This document shows positions 10,101 to 19,448 of a DNA stretch of 64,000 bases, one piece after another; position 1 is the stretch's first letter; the number at the start of each line of letters is the position of its first letter. Source of the DNA: a virus; IMG/VR virus record IMGVR_UViG_3300021387_000700, one strand, 5' to 3'. The notes under the pieces are model-generated. The model saw only the letters and a list, made by a program, of their open reading frames with translations. It was not told the origin of the DNA and did not search any database. A program made the translations under genes and the position numbers.

Positions 10101-13100
10101 GCAGGCTTTCTTTGACTGGCTTAAAAACCAGCACGCAAGCGAAATCAACTCCATGTTTGGCAAAATGTCGCGCAGGGAGATTGAGCAGATAGATTGGTCA
10201 CAACCGAAATGGCAAAAGTGGGCGCAGGATAATGCCGAGTCGTTCAGCAAGCAGTACGGAATATCTTTCGATAAGCTGAAAGGGCTTGTTGCCGATGCTA
10301 ACACATGGAAGATTTTCCTCAAGCTTACCATCACCACCGACGAAAAGAGTGTTTATGATACACTTAAAGATGCAGATGCCGCAGCTAATGCCGCATGGAC
10401 TAAGATTCAGCGGTTAAAGCAACGCCAAGCCGAACTTAACAAGATTCCAGCCACATCGCTTACAGACGAGCAAAACGAAGAGGCAAAGAATCTTTTTACC
10501 GAGCTTACGCAGGCACAGAACGACTATAACGATGCTGTGGCAAAAGGCGGTCACGCCAGCAAGCAGGCAAAGGCCAACGCAAAAGCACAGAAAACAGCCG
10601 AGCAGGAGGTTAATGAGGCTTTACGTCAAGAGCTTTCTATCATCCGTGAGGTTCAAAGCAACTACGATAAGCTCCGCAAATCGGGTGTTGATGATATGCA
10701 GGCCGCACAATTGGCCGCACAAGGCTATGCGGACACATTAAGCCGCGTAAACAATATTCTTGCGAAATACGGCATAAGCAAGTTCAATGCAAAGGATTTC
10801 GCGGGAAAGGACACCCGTGCCATTCTTGAAACCCTGCAAAAGCAGCGCAATGACCTTATAGCAAGCGGGAAAGTTAAGGCCGCAGGCTTGAAGGACATGG
10901 ACGTCGAGATTCAAAAGCTTACCATCGATGCAAAGACCTACGATTACAAAAAGATTACAGATGGCCTTAATTCCGAGCTTGGTAAAATCAAGGACGAGTA
11001 CGAGCTGGCTGTTGAATTAGATGCCAACCCCGAACTTGGTGATATGTTTGCGGATATGTTCAGCATTGATACATCGTCACTGCCGCACACATTTGAGCAG
11101 GCACTTGCAATGATTCAATCTTCTGTCGATAATGCGTTAAGCAAGCTTGGCATTGAGCGTTCGTTTGATATTCTGAAAGGGGATATAAACGCCTTTGCGA
11201 AGTCGGTAAAACAGTCGATGGATGGCGATGCCATAAAAGAGCTGGAGAAGGCGCAAAATTATATTCGTGGTATTTGGAAAAAGAACGCAGAAGAGACCAT
11301 TAAAGACTGGAACTCCCTGCTTGAGAAGTACGGCGATTATCAAACAAAACTTATAAAGGCCGCACAAGATACTGCACAAGAGCAGCTTAATATTGTGCGA
11401 AAGTTTGGTGACGATTCCGAGCAGGCCGAGGCTTTGGATTTGTCTAAAAAGATAACTCTTACCACAGACCAAGACGAAGTCGCACGTATTCAAAAGCAGC
11501 TTTACGAACTTGTAAACAAGGTCGTTAAAGGCAAAGATGTTGGGATTAAGTTGGCGGCAAGTGTAGAGCAGGGCGATATAAAAACCAAAGCAAAAATTGA
11601 ATGGGATAACTTTAAGGATAGCGACTACTATACCATGATGTTTGAAGACATGGATAGGGTTTCTACCCGTGCAATTCGCTCTATTCTTGCGCAGCTTGAT
11701 TTGCTCAAGGAAAAAGTCAAAGACGACCCTGCAAGCATGAAGGCTCTTATGGATGCGTACAAGAAAGGCCGCGACGAGCTGGAAAGCCGTGCTCCGTTTG
11801 AGAATATCATAGAAAGCATAAAAGAGTGGCATCAAGCATCCGTCGAGGCAGCTGGTGCTAACAGAGAACTTGCTGACGCTAACAGAGAACTCGAAAGCGC
11901 ACAAGCCGAATTGAATAATGCTCAAAGCGCAGCCAATAATCCAAACGCAAGATTTGGTAACGAGGCTGAAAAAACAGAACGCCTTGCAAAAGCACAAGAG
12001 CGTTACACAAAGGCTGTCAAGAGCAAAAACCAAGCGGAGCAAAATGTTGCGCAGGCCGAAATAAAGCAGATAAACGCTCAAACAAAGTTCCAAAACGCCT
12101 TGAACGGTTCGGCAACAGCACTTCAAAACGTTGGTAATTTGCTGACGCAATTTGCAGAGCTGCTTGGTATCGCCGAGGATAGCGAGGCGGGTGAAATGGT
12201 CAAGTCGCTTGCACAAGGGTTTACCATGATGGCTACTGCTTTATCATTGGTAGCTACCGTAGCAGCAATAGCCGAAATGTCGCTTGGATGGGTCGCCGCT
12301 GTTGCAGCTGCACTTACGGTTGTTATAAGCCTCGTTTCTTTCCTTGCTGGCCAAAGCAATAGAAAGATTACAGAACAAATTGAAGAAATCGAGCGAGATG
12401 TACACGACCTTGAAATTGCGTATAAGAATTTGGAGCAAGCTGCCGACGAAGCCTATGGTGCTATGACAAGTGGCGCAAAGGCCGCTTTGCTTGCAAACAA
12501 GCAGGCTCAGTTGGAAGATTTGGAAAGACAGCTTGAGCTTGCAAAATCTCGAACGGGCAAGCATTACGACCAAGATGAAGTAGACAACTACCAAAGCGAA
12601 ATCGTAGACCTCCGTAATGAAATACGAGACCTCACGCATGAAATAACAAATGACTTGCTTGATATTTCAAGTGCTGGCGATGGCATAACAGACCTTGTTG
12701 ATGCAATGATTGAGGCTTTCAAAAACGGCGAGGATGCTATGGCCGCTTTTGGAGATAAGTGGGACGAGATGATTGATAATATGATTCTCAAAATGCTCAT
12801 ATCCACATTCATGCAAAAGGCTTGGGATAACGTTATGAAAACACTTGAAGAAAAAGAGGACGAGTTCCTACAAAGGGCAAGTGCAGACCGTGCCGAGGCG
12901 CAAAAGAATTACGACAAGGCATTCGATATGTCGGATGATGAGATAGCACAGATGATTGCCGAACAACTTGGCTATCATGATGAGGTGAGCATGAAAAGGA
13001 ACGATTTGGAGGATTTGGTCAAGAGAGGCAGTCTTGGTGTTGGCGGCATTGGCATGACCTCATACAATAGCACTCCATACTTCTTTGTCAAGGCTTGGCA

Positions 13101-13599
13101 GCAAGTCACAGACGAGGAAATCGCAGCATACCGCAAGATGCTAAAGGATGCTGTTGATAGCTCTATGTCCGCAACAGACCAAGCATCTGTAGACTTTACA
13201 AAATGGGCTTTGGATTATATGAACGGCGAAGGCCGTGATTATATGACGAATTACGCCGAAATGCTTAAAGCAGCACTTGGCGATTGGTATAGCTACGGCC
13301 AAGACGCGCAAGCAAGCTTATCCGCATTACAGCAGGGTATTCAAGGCATTAGCGAAGATACAGCAGGAGCTTTGGAGGCTTACATGAATAGCATTTCGCA
13401 GCAAGTCTACTTGCATAGCGAGCTTCTTACACAGCTACGTGACGCACTTGTTAATTTTGACCTTGACGTGCAGGTTGCAACGATGTCGCAGATGCTCTTG
13501 CAGTTGCAGCAAAGCTATCAAGTGCAATTGGCTATACAGAATATTCTTAACGGATGGTCTAATCCTTCGGGTATGGCCGTTCGTGTTGAAATGGTTTAA
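7108..13599 (+). CDS. tail length tape measure protein
   Basis: 2163 aa, largely coiled-coil. It has a hydrophobic hairpin MMATALSLVATVAAIAEMSLGWVAAVAAALTVVISLVSFLAG and follows the chaperone pair. Confidence 0.9.
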   Translation: MAANDDVLIVGKLDSKELEKSINDLIDFVGDKTTIMAGKFDSAMDKMKSAMKDFAITQKVSVDLMKEAWKDMSASFDAMVAAQSGATGGGKGKEPREYAPNTIGALEQEIEKRQQNRKEMELDSDALRQENKLIEERNKKLAEQKGLNTMAAQAKKAGEEIRVAFSHPANSLEQAEAKLAKLKALAANWKGKGVLNETQWNKIQNAIDRTEKSIEKFKMSAMTLKDLKLLPEKSVDDITKKLQALKHIQIDPKNATQVKKLGDEYQRLSRMQNELLGRSIQLTKSNNYLAQSFGYIRNRIVYALTLGAATSFVKQVYDIRAQYELLERSLGVLIGSFERGSRIFQELNTMALKSPFTLMELGTAAKQLTAYNFQANEVVNTTRRLADLSAALGVPMERLTYNLGQIRAQTVLTARDARDFANAGLPIVKSLADHFSELEGRVVSTGDVYDRMSKKAVSYNDVMAVLNKMTDEGGKFFDFQAKQAETLRVQLANLTLAWNNMLNAVGKENQGMLTLPITALKSLFQNWKELSHVITEVIIALGLYKGTQLVVNKLVGESAMVMRKSILMDKEKAASELQREGTVRRLLVSEQKQIANKKKVVAADYQAILSTRELSKTQALLLAAFNKNDKELMKALVKLKLLKKSEIENITVGKAFSLVIKQMGISLMSLGKTIAMFLPQMAAMAAIGAIVEAVYTFSEISDKIRDINKSIVDSAKESADSIAQFMKDYSETYKKVFEYQEKVQKNGVPATKDGIPQYKNLNDAEALKAWDAIREQIELSSAASGVFIDKLMQINDVNDRVRAGFDYLQQIHDINGALESLDDKAVTINGDWSKWWNLWSLPDGLIDNLKDYSEQLDKVIEKWGSLANAKEAAMRKQEGAEGDLHDVQAQFNTFSNDLKDTISSMFNAFSSVGINTAEGMREAFERSNNQILADANLSSKEQLQYRMAAEEEFIAQRKAQFKEEYDFEIEQGNAARAARVKQEEEAWLASFGSGKAVSQAFFDWLKNQHASEINSMFGKMSRREIEQIDWSQPKWQKWAQDNAESFSKQYGISFDKLKGLVADANTWKIFLKLTITTDEKSVYDTLKDADAAANAAWTKIQRLKQRQAELNKIPATSLTDEQNEEAKNLFTELTQAQNDYNDAVAKGGHASKQAKANAKAQKTAEQEVNEALRQELSIIREVQSNYDKLRKSGVDDMQAAQLAAQGYADTLSRVNNILAKYGISKFNAKDFAGKDTRAILETLQKQRNDLIASGKVKAAGLKDMDVEIQKLTIDAKTYDYKKITDGLNSELGKIKDEYELAVELDANPELGDMFADMFSIDTSSLPHTFEQALAMIQSSVDNALSKLGIERSFDILKGDINAFAKSVKQSMDGDAIKELEKAQNYIRGIWKKNAEETIKDWNSLLEKYGDYQTKLIKAAQDTAQEQLNIVRKFGDDSEQAEALDLSKKITLTTDQDEVARIQKQLYELVNKVVKGKDVGIKLAASVEQGDIKTKAKIEWDNFKDSDYYTMMFEDMDRVSTRAIRSILAQLDLLKEKVKDDPASMKALMDAYKKGRDELESRAPFENIIESIKEWHQASVEAAGANRELADANRELESAQAELNNAQSAANNPNARFGNEAEKTERLAKAQERYTKAVKSKNQAEQNVAQAEIKQINAQTKFQNALNGSATALQNVGNLLTQFAELLGIAEDSEAGEMVKSLAQGFTMMATALSLVATVAAIAEMSLGWVAAVAAALTVVISLVSFLAGQSNRKITEQIEEIERDVHDLEIAYKNLEQAADEAYGAMTSGAKAALLANKQAQLEDLERQLELAKSRTGKHYDQDEVDNYQSEIVDLRNEIRDLTHEITNDLLDISSAGDGITDLVDAMIEAFKNGEDAMAAFGDKWDEMIDNMILKMLISTFMQKAWDNVMKTLEEKEDEFLQRASADRAEAQKNYDKAFDMSDDEIAQMIAEQLGYHDEVSMKRNDLEDLVKRGSLGVGGIGMTSYNSTPYFFVKAWQQVTDEEIAAYRKMLKDAVDSSMSATDQASVDFTKWALDYMNGEGRDYMTNYAEMLKAALGDWYSYGQDAQASLSALQQGIQGISEDTAGALEAYMNSISQQVYLHSELLTQLRDALVNFDLDVQVATMSQMLLQLQQSYQVQLAIQNILNGWSNPSGMAVRVEMV

Positions 13600-13604
13600 T
13601 TTTC

Positions 13605-14210
13605 GTGATTATGGATAATGGAATGTTAGCATTTTACAAGGCCGCATTACAAGGGGAGATAACAGCCCCCTTGTGTGCGGAGTACAAAAACGAGTGGCGC
13701 AAATGCGGTGATGATAAGGAAAAGCTTGTTAAGCTGGTTATGCGCCAGCAGAGCCTCCCGTATTTCATTACGCATTGCTATCAAGGCAAGGGATTAAGCA
13801 AGGAGTATATCATCAAGAACTTTTCCGATTTCATCAACGGGAAACGCCCGATTCTTGATGCAGACCTCGTTAAAGGGTATTCTTATGCTATCTACGTTGA
13901 TTTTAAGGCCATTTGCAAGCCCGACAACGATGTTGCGGCCTTTATGTGGTGTAATTGCCCGCAGCTCGAAATTAAAGCCGCCAAATGCCCTAATTTCTAT
14001 ATTGGGGCTGGCAGCGAGATACACCTCGTTTGCGATGGGTACAATTCTCCACACATCTACCTTTTCGATGATAGCAGGCTAATCATTGAAGACGCTGATG
14101 ATACTTGCAGCATTGTGGTGTACCGATATTCGCGTAACGCCACCGTTGAGAAAGGCAAATACTGCACTACTGATAACATTAAGATTTTCGACAAAGAACT
14201 AAGATTATAA
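13605..14210 (+). CDS. hypothetical Cys-rich protein downstream of tape measure
   Basis: 201 aa, starting 5 nt after the tape measure stop. No motif recognised. Confidence 0.5.
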   Translation: MIMDNGMLAFYKAALQGEITAPLCAEYKNEWRKCGDDKEKLVKLVMRQQSLPYFITHCYQGKGLSKEYIIKNFSDFINGKRPILDADLVKGYSYAIYVDFKAICKPDNDVAAFMWCNCPQLEIKAAKCPNFYIGAGSEIHLVCDGYNSPHIYLFDDSRLIIEDADDTCSIVVYRYSRNATVEKGKYCTTDNIKIFDKELRL

Positions 14211-14214
14211 GATT

Positions 14215-14712
14215 ATGGCAAACAATTCATCAAACAGATATTTTGCAAAGAACACGGCCAACGGTTCGTTTTCCGACATAACGACTCTTTACGACGGTGT
14301 TGCAATACTTAAAGTCGACGGTATGCTTGGTAAGGGTAAGCCCGTGAACATATACACGGCTCAATGGGTGAACTCCCAGCAGGAGGACTTTATGATAACC
14401 ACATTCGATAATCAGAACAACCCCGTTGTGATACGTGAAAATGTGGATATAGACATTACGTTCATCGTTCGCAAGAAATATGCAACCACACAAACGGGAT
14501 TTGATGTCCGTGCGGTACACGACAGCTTTGCATCGTTCCTAACGGACAGCGATGTTTGGATTAAGTCCGCATACCTTGGGAACAAATACGTACATTGCGT
14601 GTGCTTAAAGGAATACAAGCCGACAACGGTAAAACTTGGACGCGGCGACAATTCCTATATCATAGGCACTATAACCCTGCACACGCTTGATGCACCAGCG
14701 ATAGATTCTTAA
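14215..14712 (+). CDS. hypothetical tail protein (possibly distal-tail-like)
   Basis: 165 aa, the last gene of the rightward structural operon. Call is positional only. Confidence 0.3.
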   Translation: MANNSSNRYFAKNTANGSFSDITTLYDGVAILKVDGMLGKGKPVNIYTAQWVNSQQEDFMITTFDNQNNPVVIRENVDIDITFIVRKKYATTQTGFDVRAVHDSFASFLTDSDVWIKSAYLGNKYVHCVCLKEYKPTTVKLGRGDNSYIIGTITLHTLDAPAIDS

Positions 14713-14783
14713 AGTGTTGATTTCAGTTTAAATTAATAAAAAAATTAAGATTTGTTGAAGTTGCCATTAGCGAATGGTACAAG

Positions 14784-14820
14784 AAAAGCCACCGTCCGCG
14801 AGGATAGTGGCCTTTCTTTT
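14784..14820. terminator. bidirectional hairpin terminator between convergent operons
   Basis: AAAAGCCACCGTCCGCGAGGATAGTGGCCTTTCTTTT. The stem is GCCAC/GTGGC with an inner TCC/GGA pairing, flanked by an A-run and a T-run. Confidence 0.55.
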
Positions 14821-14843
14821 CGACAATAAATAGATAAGCTGGC

Positions 14844-15284
14844 TTATAAAATCTTCTTCCACCAAGGCTTACGGAGGTCTTCGACGGTAGCCTCAAGCTC
14901 CGTGATATAATCCTTGTTGGCAGCGGCCTCGGCCTCCAGCTTATTCTTCTTTTGGATAAGCTCACGCACCTGCTCCTGCAAGCCGTTGACGACCTTGTCC
15001 TTTTCGGCGATTTTCGCATCCTTTTCCTTGATGGACTGTCCCAGCTGCTTAACCTCGGTCAAGTGATTCTTTTTCATGACGTCCATCTCAGCAATGCGCT
15101 TTTCGTTCAGCTCATCACCCTCCTTGTCGAGCTGCTTGAGGTGGGCAATCTGCTTTTTGTAGTTCGCATTGGATGTCTTGAAGCCGCTAATCTGCTTTTT
15201 CAAAGAGGCGTTTTCCTTCATCAACTCTTCGTTGTCGCCTTTGAGGGTTTGAATGGTTTGCTCCACGCTGTTCTTACTTTCCAT
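14844..15284 (-). CDS. hypothetical coiled-coil protein
   Basis: 146 aa, rich in heptad-like K/E/L repeats. Confidence 0.5.
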   Translation of the reverse strand: MESKNSVEQTIQTLKGDNEELMKENASLKKQISGFKTSNANYKKQIAHLKQLDKEGDELNEKRIAEMDVMKKNHLTEVKQLGQSIKEKDAKIAEKDKVVNGLQEQVRELIQKKNKLEAEAAANKDYITELEATVEDLRKPWWKKIL

Positions 15285-15329
15285 AATTACGTAATTTTAA
15301 AGAGTTAGAAAATATGATGTTATATAACA

Positions 15330-15737
15330 CTAAAAGTCGGGTTTCTTGTATTCGTCGATATTCGGTATCTCGCTGCCATGCAGGAGGCTTTCCTTTACAA
15401 GATTCTGCTCCATCTTTACCGTAGAACGGGGATAGCTTGCAAGGTTCATACATTGTCCTATAACGGAATATCCCTGCACGATGGTTTCTTTATCAATGGC
15501 ATAGGGGAACACCTCACCCTTGATTTCTACCAGCATACCGTTGTTAAAGTGATTGTTGATATACTTGACAAGTCCCTGCTTAAAGATAACCTTCCAAGAA
15601 AGGTACTTATCATCCACGACCTCGCCGTTGGATTTCTTGTAGCCTTTCTTGAACTCCGAAACAAAAACGAAACAGCCGCCTTGGTTCGGTAGGTACTTTA
15701 TGTTATCAACGAATCCTATAATTGTAATATTCGCCAT
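15330..15737 (-). CDS. SSB-like OB-fold protein (putative)
   Basis: 135 aa. The N-terminus MANITIIGFVDNIKYL... resembles the first strand of an SSB OB fold, and the C-terminus ends ...IDEYKKPDF, an SSB-tip-like D/F end. Confidence 0.4.
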   Translation of the reverse strand: MANITIIGFVDNIKYLPNQGGCFVFVSEFKKGYKKSNGEVVDDKYLSWKVIFKQGLVKYINNHFNNGMLVEIKGEVFPYAIDKETIVQGYSVIGQCMNLASYPRSTVKMEQNLVKESLLHGSEIPNIDEYKKPDF

Positions 15738-15739
15738 AT

Positions 15740-16030
15740 CTATTCTTTTTCTTTGTATGCGATGCAGGCCGTATCAGTAACCTTTATCGTCTTATATCCG
15801 CTGTTGCTGCGTTTAGACGGTTGCAGAGTACAGCATTGCACCACCTTGTTAGAGTGCTCGTTAAGCGCAAAACGCTTGCGCCAAGCGCATGTACGGCATT
15901 TCTTCTTCCAAACGACCTTGCTGACATCCAATTCGGGAAACAAGGCCATCTGCCGCACCTTTACGCTGTCTATCGTGTCGAACTTACCCATTATCGTTTG
16001 CCTTGATTCAATCCTTGTCTTTAAAGGCAC
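15740..16030 (-). CDS. hypothetical Cys-rich protein
   Basis: 96 aa with KKKCRTCAWRK...QCC...ACIAY. The true start may be the internal MGKFDT. Confidence 0.4.
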   Translation of the reverse strand: MPLKTRIESRQTIMGKFDTIDSVKVRQMALFPELDVSKVVWKKKCRTCAWRKRFALNEHSNKVVQCCTLQPSKRSNSGYKTIKVTDTACIAYKEKE

Positions 16031-16108
16031 GGATAATATAGATTATTCCACATACGACTAAAAACGCCGTCCATCCATGATTCTCCAATGCCGTGAAAAA
16101 TTCTTCCA

Positions 16109-16255
16109 TCATCTTTCGTATTCACATTTTTCTACTTCGTAATAGTTTGCCTTTATCTTTCCGCTGTTCACGTCCAAGGCACGGGCGAATTTAGCACATG
16201 TAAAACGCTCCGTGCAATGAACGTTACAGCATATCGAAACGCTATTTGTTTCCAT
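16109..16255 (-). CDS. hypothetical small Cys-rich protein
   Basis: Internal ATG at 16255 gives METNSVSICCNVHCTERFTCAKF... (48 aa). It overlaps the upstream gene's stop by a few nt. Confidence 0.3.
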   Translation of the reverse strand: METNSVSICCNVHCTERFTCAKFARALDVNSGKIKANYYEVEKCEYER

Positions 16256-16661
16256 CGTCTTTGTTTTCATATTGGAATAACAAACCAACGATGGCACGGC
16301 AGAAATCATACTGCGATGTCTGTTTTGGCAGCTTATCCCAATTATGGCACAGCCAGTCTGCCAGCTTATCCATGCCACCAAGCTTAGATAACGGCGTTTC
16401 TTGGATGTCCGATGCCTTTAGGCAAAGGAAGCAATCATGCAGGTATTTGCCAGTTGTATAGCTTTTGCCGTACAAGTTCTTAACAACTACCCAAACGCCC
16501 TCATCCAAATCTTTGTCTATACACATGGATTGTGGCTCATACACGATTTTCTTTCCGTGCAAGACCTTTCGGTACAGCACATTGTCAAAGGGCGGCTCGG
16601 GCTCTTGATAAACCCGATACCGTCCCTTTTCATCCTTGTAATAAAGCTTTTGCGGCTGCAT
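16242..16661 (-). CDS. hypothetical protein
   Basis: 139 aa, co-oriented and tightly packed with its neighbours. Confidence 0.5.
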   Translation of the reverse strand: MQPQKLYYKDEKGRYRVYQEPEPPFDNVLYRKVLHGKKIVYEPQSMCIDKDLDEGVWVVVKNLYGKSYTTGKYLHDCFLCLKASDIQETPLSKLGGMDKLADWLCHNWDKLPKQTSQYDFCRAIVGLLFQYENKDDGNK

Positions 16662-16663
16662 GG

Positions 16664-17176
16664 TTAGTTGCCTTTGGGATTGTTACGCTTGCGACCGTTC
16701 TTACCGTGACGGTTGCTGGGTGCTGGAACATGATTCTCCTTACGCCACTTGATAGCACTTGGCAGCGGGCAGTTGAAACGCTCATCGCAGTCGGTACAAT
16801 CCTCGTCGGCATCCTCGTCGTTATCGCCAGCCATTTTTTGCAGGCGGTCGCGGAGGTTCTCAAGGGTTTGCTTTGCGGCCATCGAAATCATCGGCATAAG
16901 GCGCAGCACGATACGTCTGCCAGCATTATCGTGTTTCTTGATGATAGCACCAAGGGCATCCATAACGCCCTCTGCAAAGATTTTGCCATCCTTGATGTCG
17001 TCGCCGTAGTAATCATCAAGCACGGTGGCAATCGCAGCGGCAATGTCGAGGCCATCCTTGCAGGAATCGAAATAGTTGACGTTGTCCTTCTCATCCTTGT
17101 AGATAACAACAACAGACTCGTTATTGCAAACCATGTTAATTAACTCATCAATTTTCTTTTCAACTTTCTTGCTCAT
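16664..17176 (-). CDS. hypothetical protein
   Basis: I chose the start at ATG 17176 (MSKKVEKKIDEL...) because the -7 box at 17231-17238 would otherwise fall inside the ORF. Confidence 0.5.
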   Translation of the reverse strand: MSKKVEKKIDELINMVCNNESVVVIYKDEKDNVNYFDSCKDGLDIAAAIATVLDDYYGDDIKDGKIFAEGVMDALGAIIKKHDNAGRRIVLRLMPMISMAAKQTLENLRDRLQKMAGDNDEDADEDCTDCDERFNCPLPSAIKWRKENHVPAPSNRHGKNGRKRNNPKGN

Positions 17177-17230
17177 TTTCGTAAACGTTTTAAAAGTAAC
17201 TATATTAATTATTAATAAAGAAATCTGCCG

Positions 17231-17238
17231 CAAAGGTA
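17231..17238 (-). promoter_or_regulatory. Bacteroides-type -7 box (TACCTTTG on minus strand)
   Basis: The plus strand reads CAAAGGTA, about 55 nt upstream of ATG 17176. Confidence 0.45.
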
Positions 17239-17296
17239 GTATTTATTTTGGCATATTCCAAAGAAATTACATTATTTAACCAAACTTTAACGCTTT

Positions 17297-19441
17297 TTAG
17301 AATGGTGCATCACCATCAATAGGGGGTGCAAACGGCATATCGCCTACTGCATAGGGCGCATCGCTCTGTTCAGAATACACCTCCACACGTTCGCTTTCAT
17401 TAAAGGACATCGTACCTTGAACGGGCTCAGCCTCCCAGCCGTAGTGTATATTCTCATCGGGCGTATTCTTGAAACGGCGGCTTTCGAGCTCATAGTGCAA
17501 GCCTACCAGCACATCACAAACGCCATACATACGGTTTTTGGATATTTCCACCACGTTTCCAAAGCATGAATAACGCTGTATCTGCGACTGCCCGTAGAAC
17601 TCCGCGCCAGCCTTTAGGAAATCTTGGTTTACACGGTGTGCGATAAACACGTTATCAACGGCGTTTGTAAGGTCGGCAGTTCCCGATATATCGGCCTTAC
17701 GCAAGAAAGCCAATGATTTACGCGGGTGTGCAACAATGATAATATGAACGTTGTTTGTCTTTGCGAAATCCTTCAATTGCAGGATAAGGTTTTTCTGCTT
17801 ATTGTTCTTGTCGCCCTCCAGCAGGTCTATATCCAATGCCATAAGATTGTCAAGAATAAACACTTTCACGCCAGCCTTCAAAAGCTCCTTCATGTCGTGA
17901 AAGACCTCCTCCCATGTGTTGCCGTATTCGTTATTGAAAAGGAAGAACTTACCGTCCATCCAATCGTCGATGCGCTTTGCTATATTGTTCGGCACGAAAT
18001 ACTTTCCGTCGCCGTATTGGGATAGTTTAAGATTCTCCTTTCCTGCGGCCACCATCTGAATCCACGCCTTTAGGATATGTGCTGGCAGCTCGCCGCTGAA
18101 CAATGCGCTCGGTGCGCCCTGCTGCAAGAAATTACATATAAGCGTATTCAAAAGCGAGGATTTTCCCGATGCGTTACCGCCCGAAAGCAAAGTAACCTCA
18201 CACTCGGCCAACCCAAGGAGCAGTCGGTCTATTTCATTAATGCCCGTCTTGATACGCGGGATAGATGATAAGTCCACCTTTTGAATATCACTCATGCAAA
18301 GCCATTTCTTACCCAATTCGGGCAATTCCTCCTTTATCTGATAGCGGGGCTTTTGCGGGGCATAGATGCGGGGTGCATACTGCGGCTGATAGGCAGGACG
18401 GTCATAGGCCGTTGGCTCATAGAACAAACGTACATCATGCCATGTCTTGTCCTTGCAATGGCTGTGCGTGCAGTTGAACGTGATTTTACCGTCGTTGTCA
18501 ACAAACAATGCGCTATCCCATTTCTTGCGGTCGCTATGCGTATCTACCCAAGGGCAGTACTCAAGCTCATAAATGGTGCTTGTGCCGCTTTTCTTTTCGC
18601 GATACTTAATGCCGTGCTCGTTAAGCCACGTAACCAAATCAAACGGGGTGTTATTGCCTTGATACTGCGGCCTGCGGTTGGGAGCTACCTTTGGCTCTTC
18701 CTTTGGCAGCAGGTCGGCTATCTTTTGGAATAGCGCATCATCATTGGGCGACAAATCGGCTGGCACTTTCACGATTTCGGCAATACGCCATTTTCGGTCG
18801 GGCGTATCTGAGCCTTTCTTAGCCCATGTGCCTATAAGCTTGTCGATGCGGGCAGGGTTAAAAACCTTCTCGTCAATCTCCACGCTCGCGTCAGAAAACA
18901 TCTTTGACAGCGACTGCAAGAAACGCTTAACAAGCTCGTTATGCTCTTCGTCGTTAGGCATATCACACGGGAGATACACATGCCAGCCGTTTCCCGATTT
19001 CGTGATTATCGGCTCTTTGAATCCAGCACCGATAAGATAGCGGAACACATCAACGGCCTTTAGGTGTGCTTTCTCAAACTCATCATCGCTTGCGCTGATG
19101 CCAGCGGCACGGCTTGGGTCGAGGTCTATAAGCACCATGCGCCGACGGGTAATATCGCCATCGTTTGTCGTTGACTTCGGCTTCTTTACGAATGTGTCGT
19201 GCTGCTCACGGCTGTATAGCGCATCATTGATTTCGTTGAGCGTGAAATATGCCTGCATCGCGCCGTAATACTGATAGTTGTTGTGGTCTAACAACGGGCG
19301 CAATTGCGCAATAAGCGTATCAATATCGCGAAAGTAGCCGCTGTATGCCGCCTTACCAAGCAGTCGTATCTCAACGAGCTTTCCCTGCGGGTTGAACAGC
19401 TGCCACCATTTCCTTATTTGGCCTTCGTTAATTTCGTACAT
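17297..19441 (-). CDS. bifunctional primase-polymerase (AEP/PrimPol) fused to DnaB-like/RecA-fold helicase
   Basis: 714 aa. AEP motifs VLIDLDPSR (DxD) and SGNGWHVYL are present, with a Cys/His cluster CTHSHCKDKTW. The helicase part has Walker A GGNASGKSS and Walker B VFILDNLMALD. Confidence 0.8.
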   Translation of the reverse strand: MYEINEGQIRKWWQLFNPQGKLVEIRLLGKAAYSGYFRDIDTLIAQLRPLLDHNNYQYYGAMQAYFTLNEINDALYSREQHDTFVKKPKSTTNDGDITRRRMVLIDLDPSRAAGISASDDEFEKAHLKAVDVFRYLIGAGFKEPIITKSGNGWHVYLPCDMPNDEEHNELVKRFLQSLSKMFSDASVEIDEKVFNPARIDKLIGTWAKKGSDTPDRKWRIAEIVKVPADLSPNDDALFQKIADLLPKEEPKVAPNRRPQYQGNNTPFDLVTWLNEHGIKYREKKSGTSTIYELEYCPWVDTHSDRKKWDSALFVDNDGKITFNCTHSHCKDKTWHDVRLFYEPTAYDRPAYQPQYAPRIYAPQKPRYQIKEELPELGKKWLCMSDIQKVDLSSIPRIKTGINEIDRLLLGLAECEVTLLSGGNASGKSSLLNTLICNFLQQGAPSALFSGELPAHILKAWIQMVAAGKENLKLSQYGDGKYFVPNNIAKRIDDWMDGKFFLFNNEYGNTWEEVFHDMKELLKAGVKVFILDNLMALDIDLLEGDKNNKQKNLILQLKDFAKTNNVHIIIVAHPRKSLAFLRKADISGTADLTNAVDNVFIAHRVNQDFLKAGAEFYGQSQIQRYSCFGNVVEISKNRMYGVCDVLVGLHYELESRRFKNTPDENIHYGWEAEPVQGTMSFNESERVEVYSEQSDAPYAVGDMPFAPPIDGDAPF

Positions 19442-19448
19442 ATATAGA

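Noticed and set aside
11855-11900. Tandem 21-nt repeat GCTAACAGAGAACT(T/C)G... (ANRELADANRELESA) in the tape measure.
   Set aside because: It has only two copies and lies inside a generally repetitive coiled-coil gene. It is ordinary for tape measure proteins.
11137-12216. 359-aa minus-strand ORF, and several shorter ones, inside the tape measure gene.
   Set aside because: It is antisense to a 2163-aa uninterrupted ORF. Its Cys/Leu/Phe-rich composition is an artefact of the Lys/Glu/Ala-rich sense strand.
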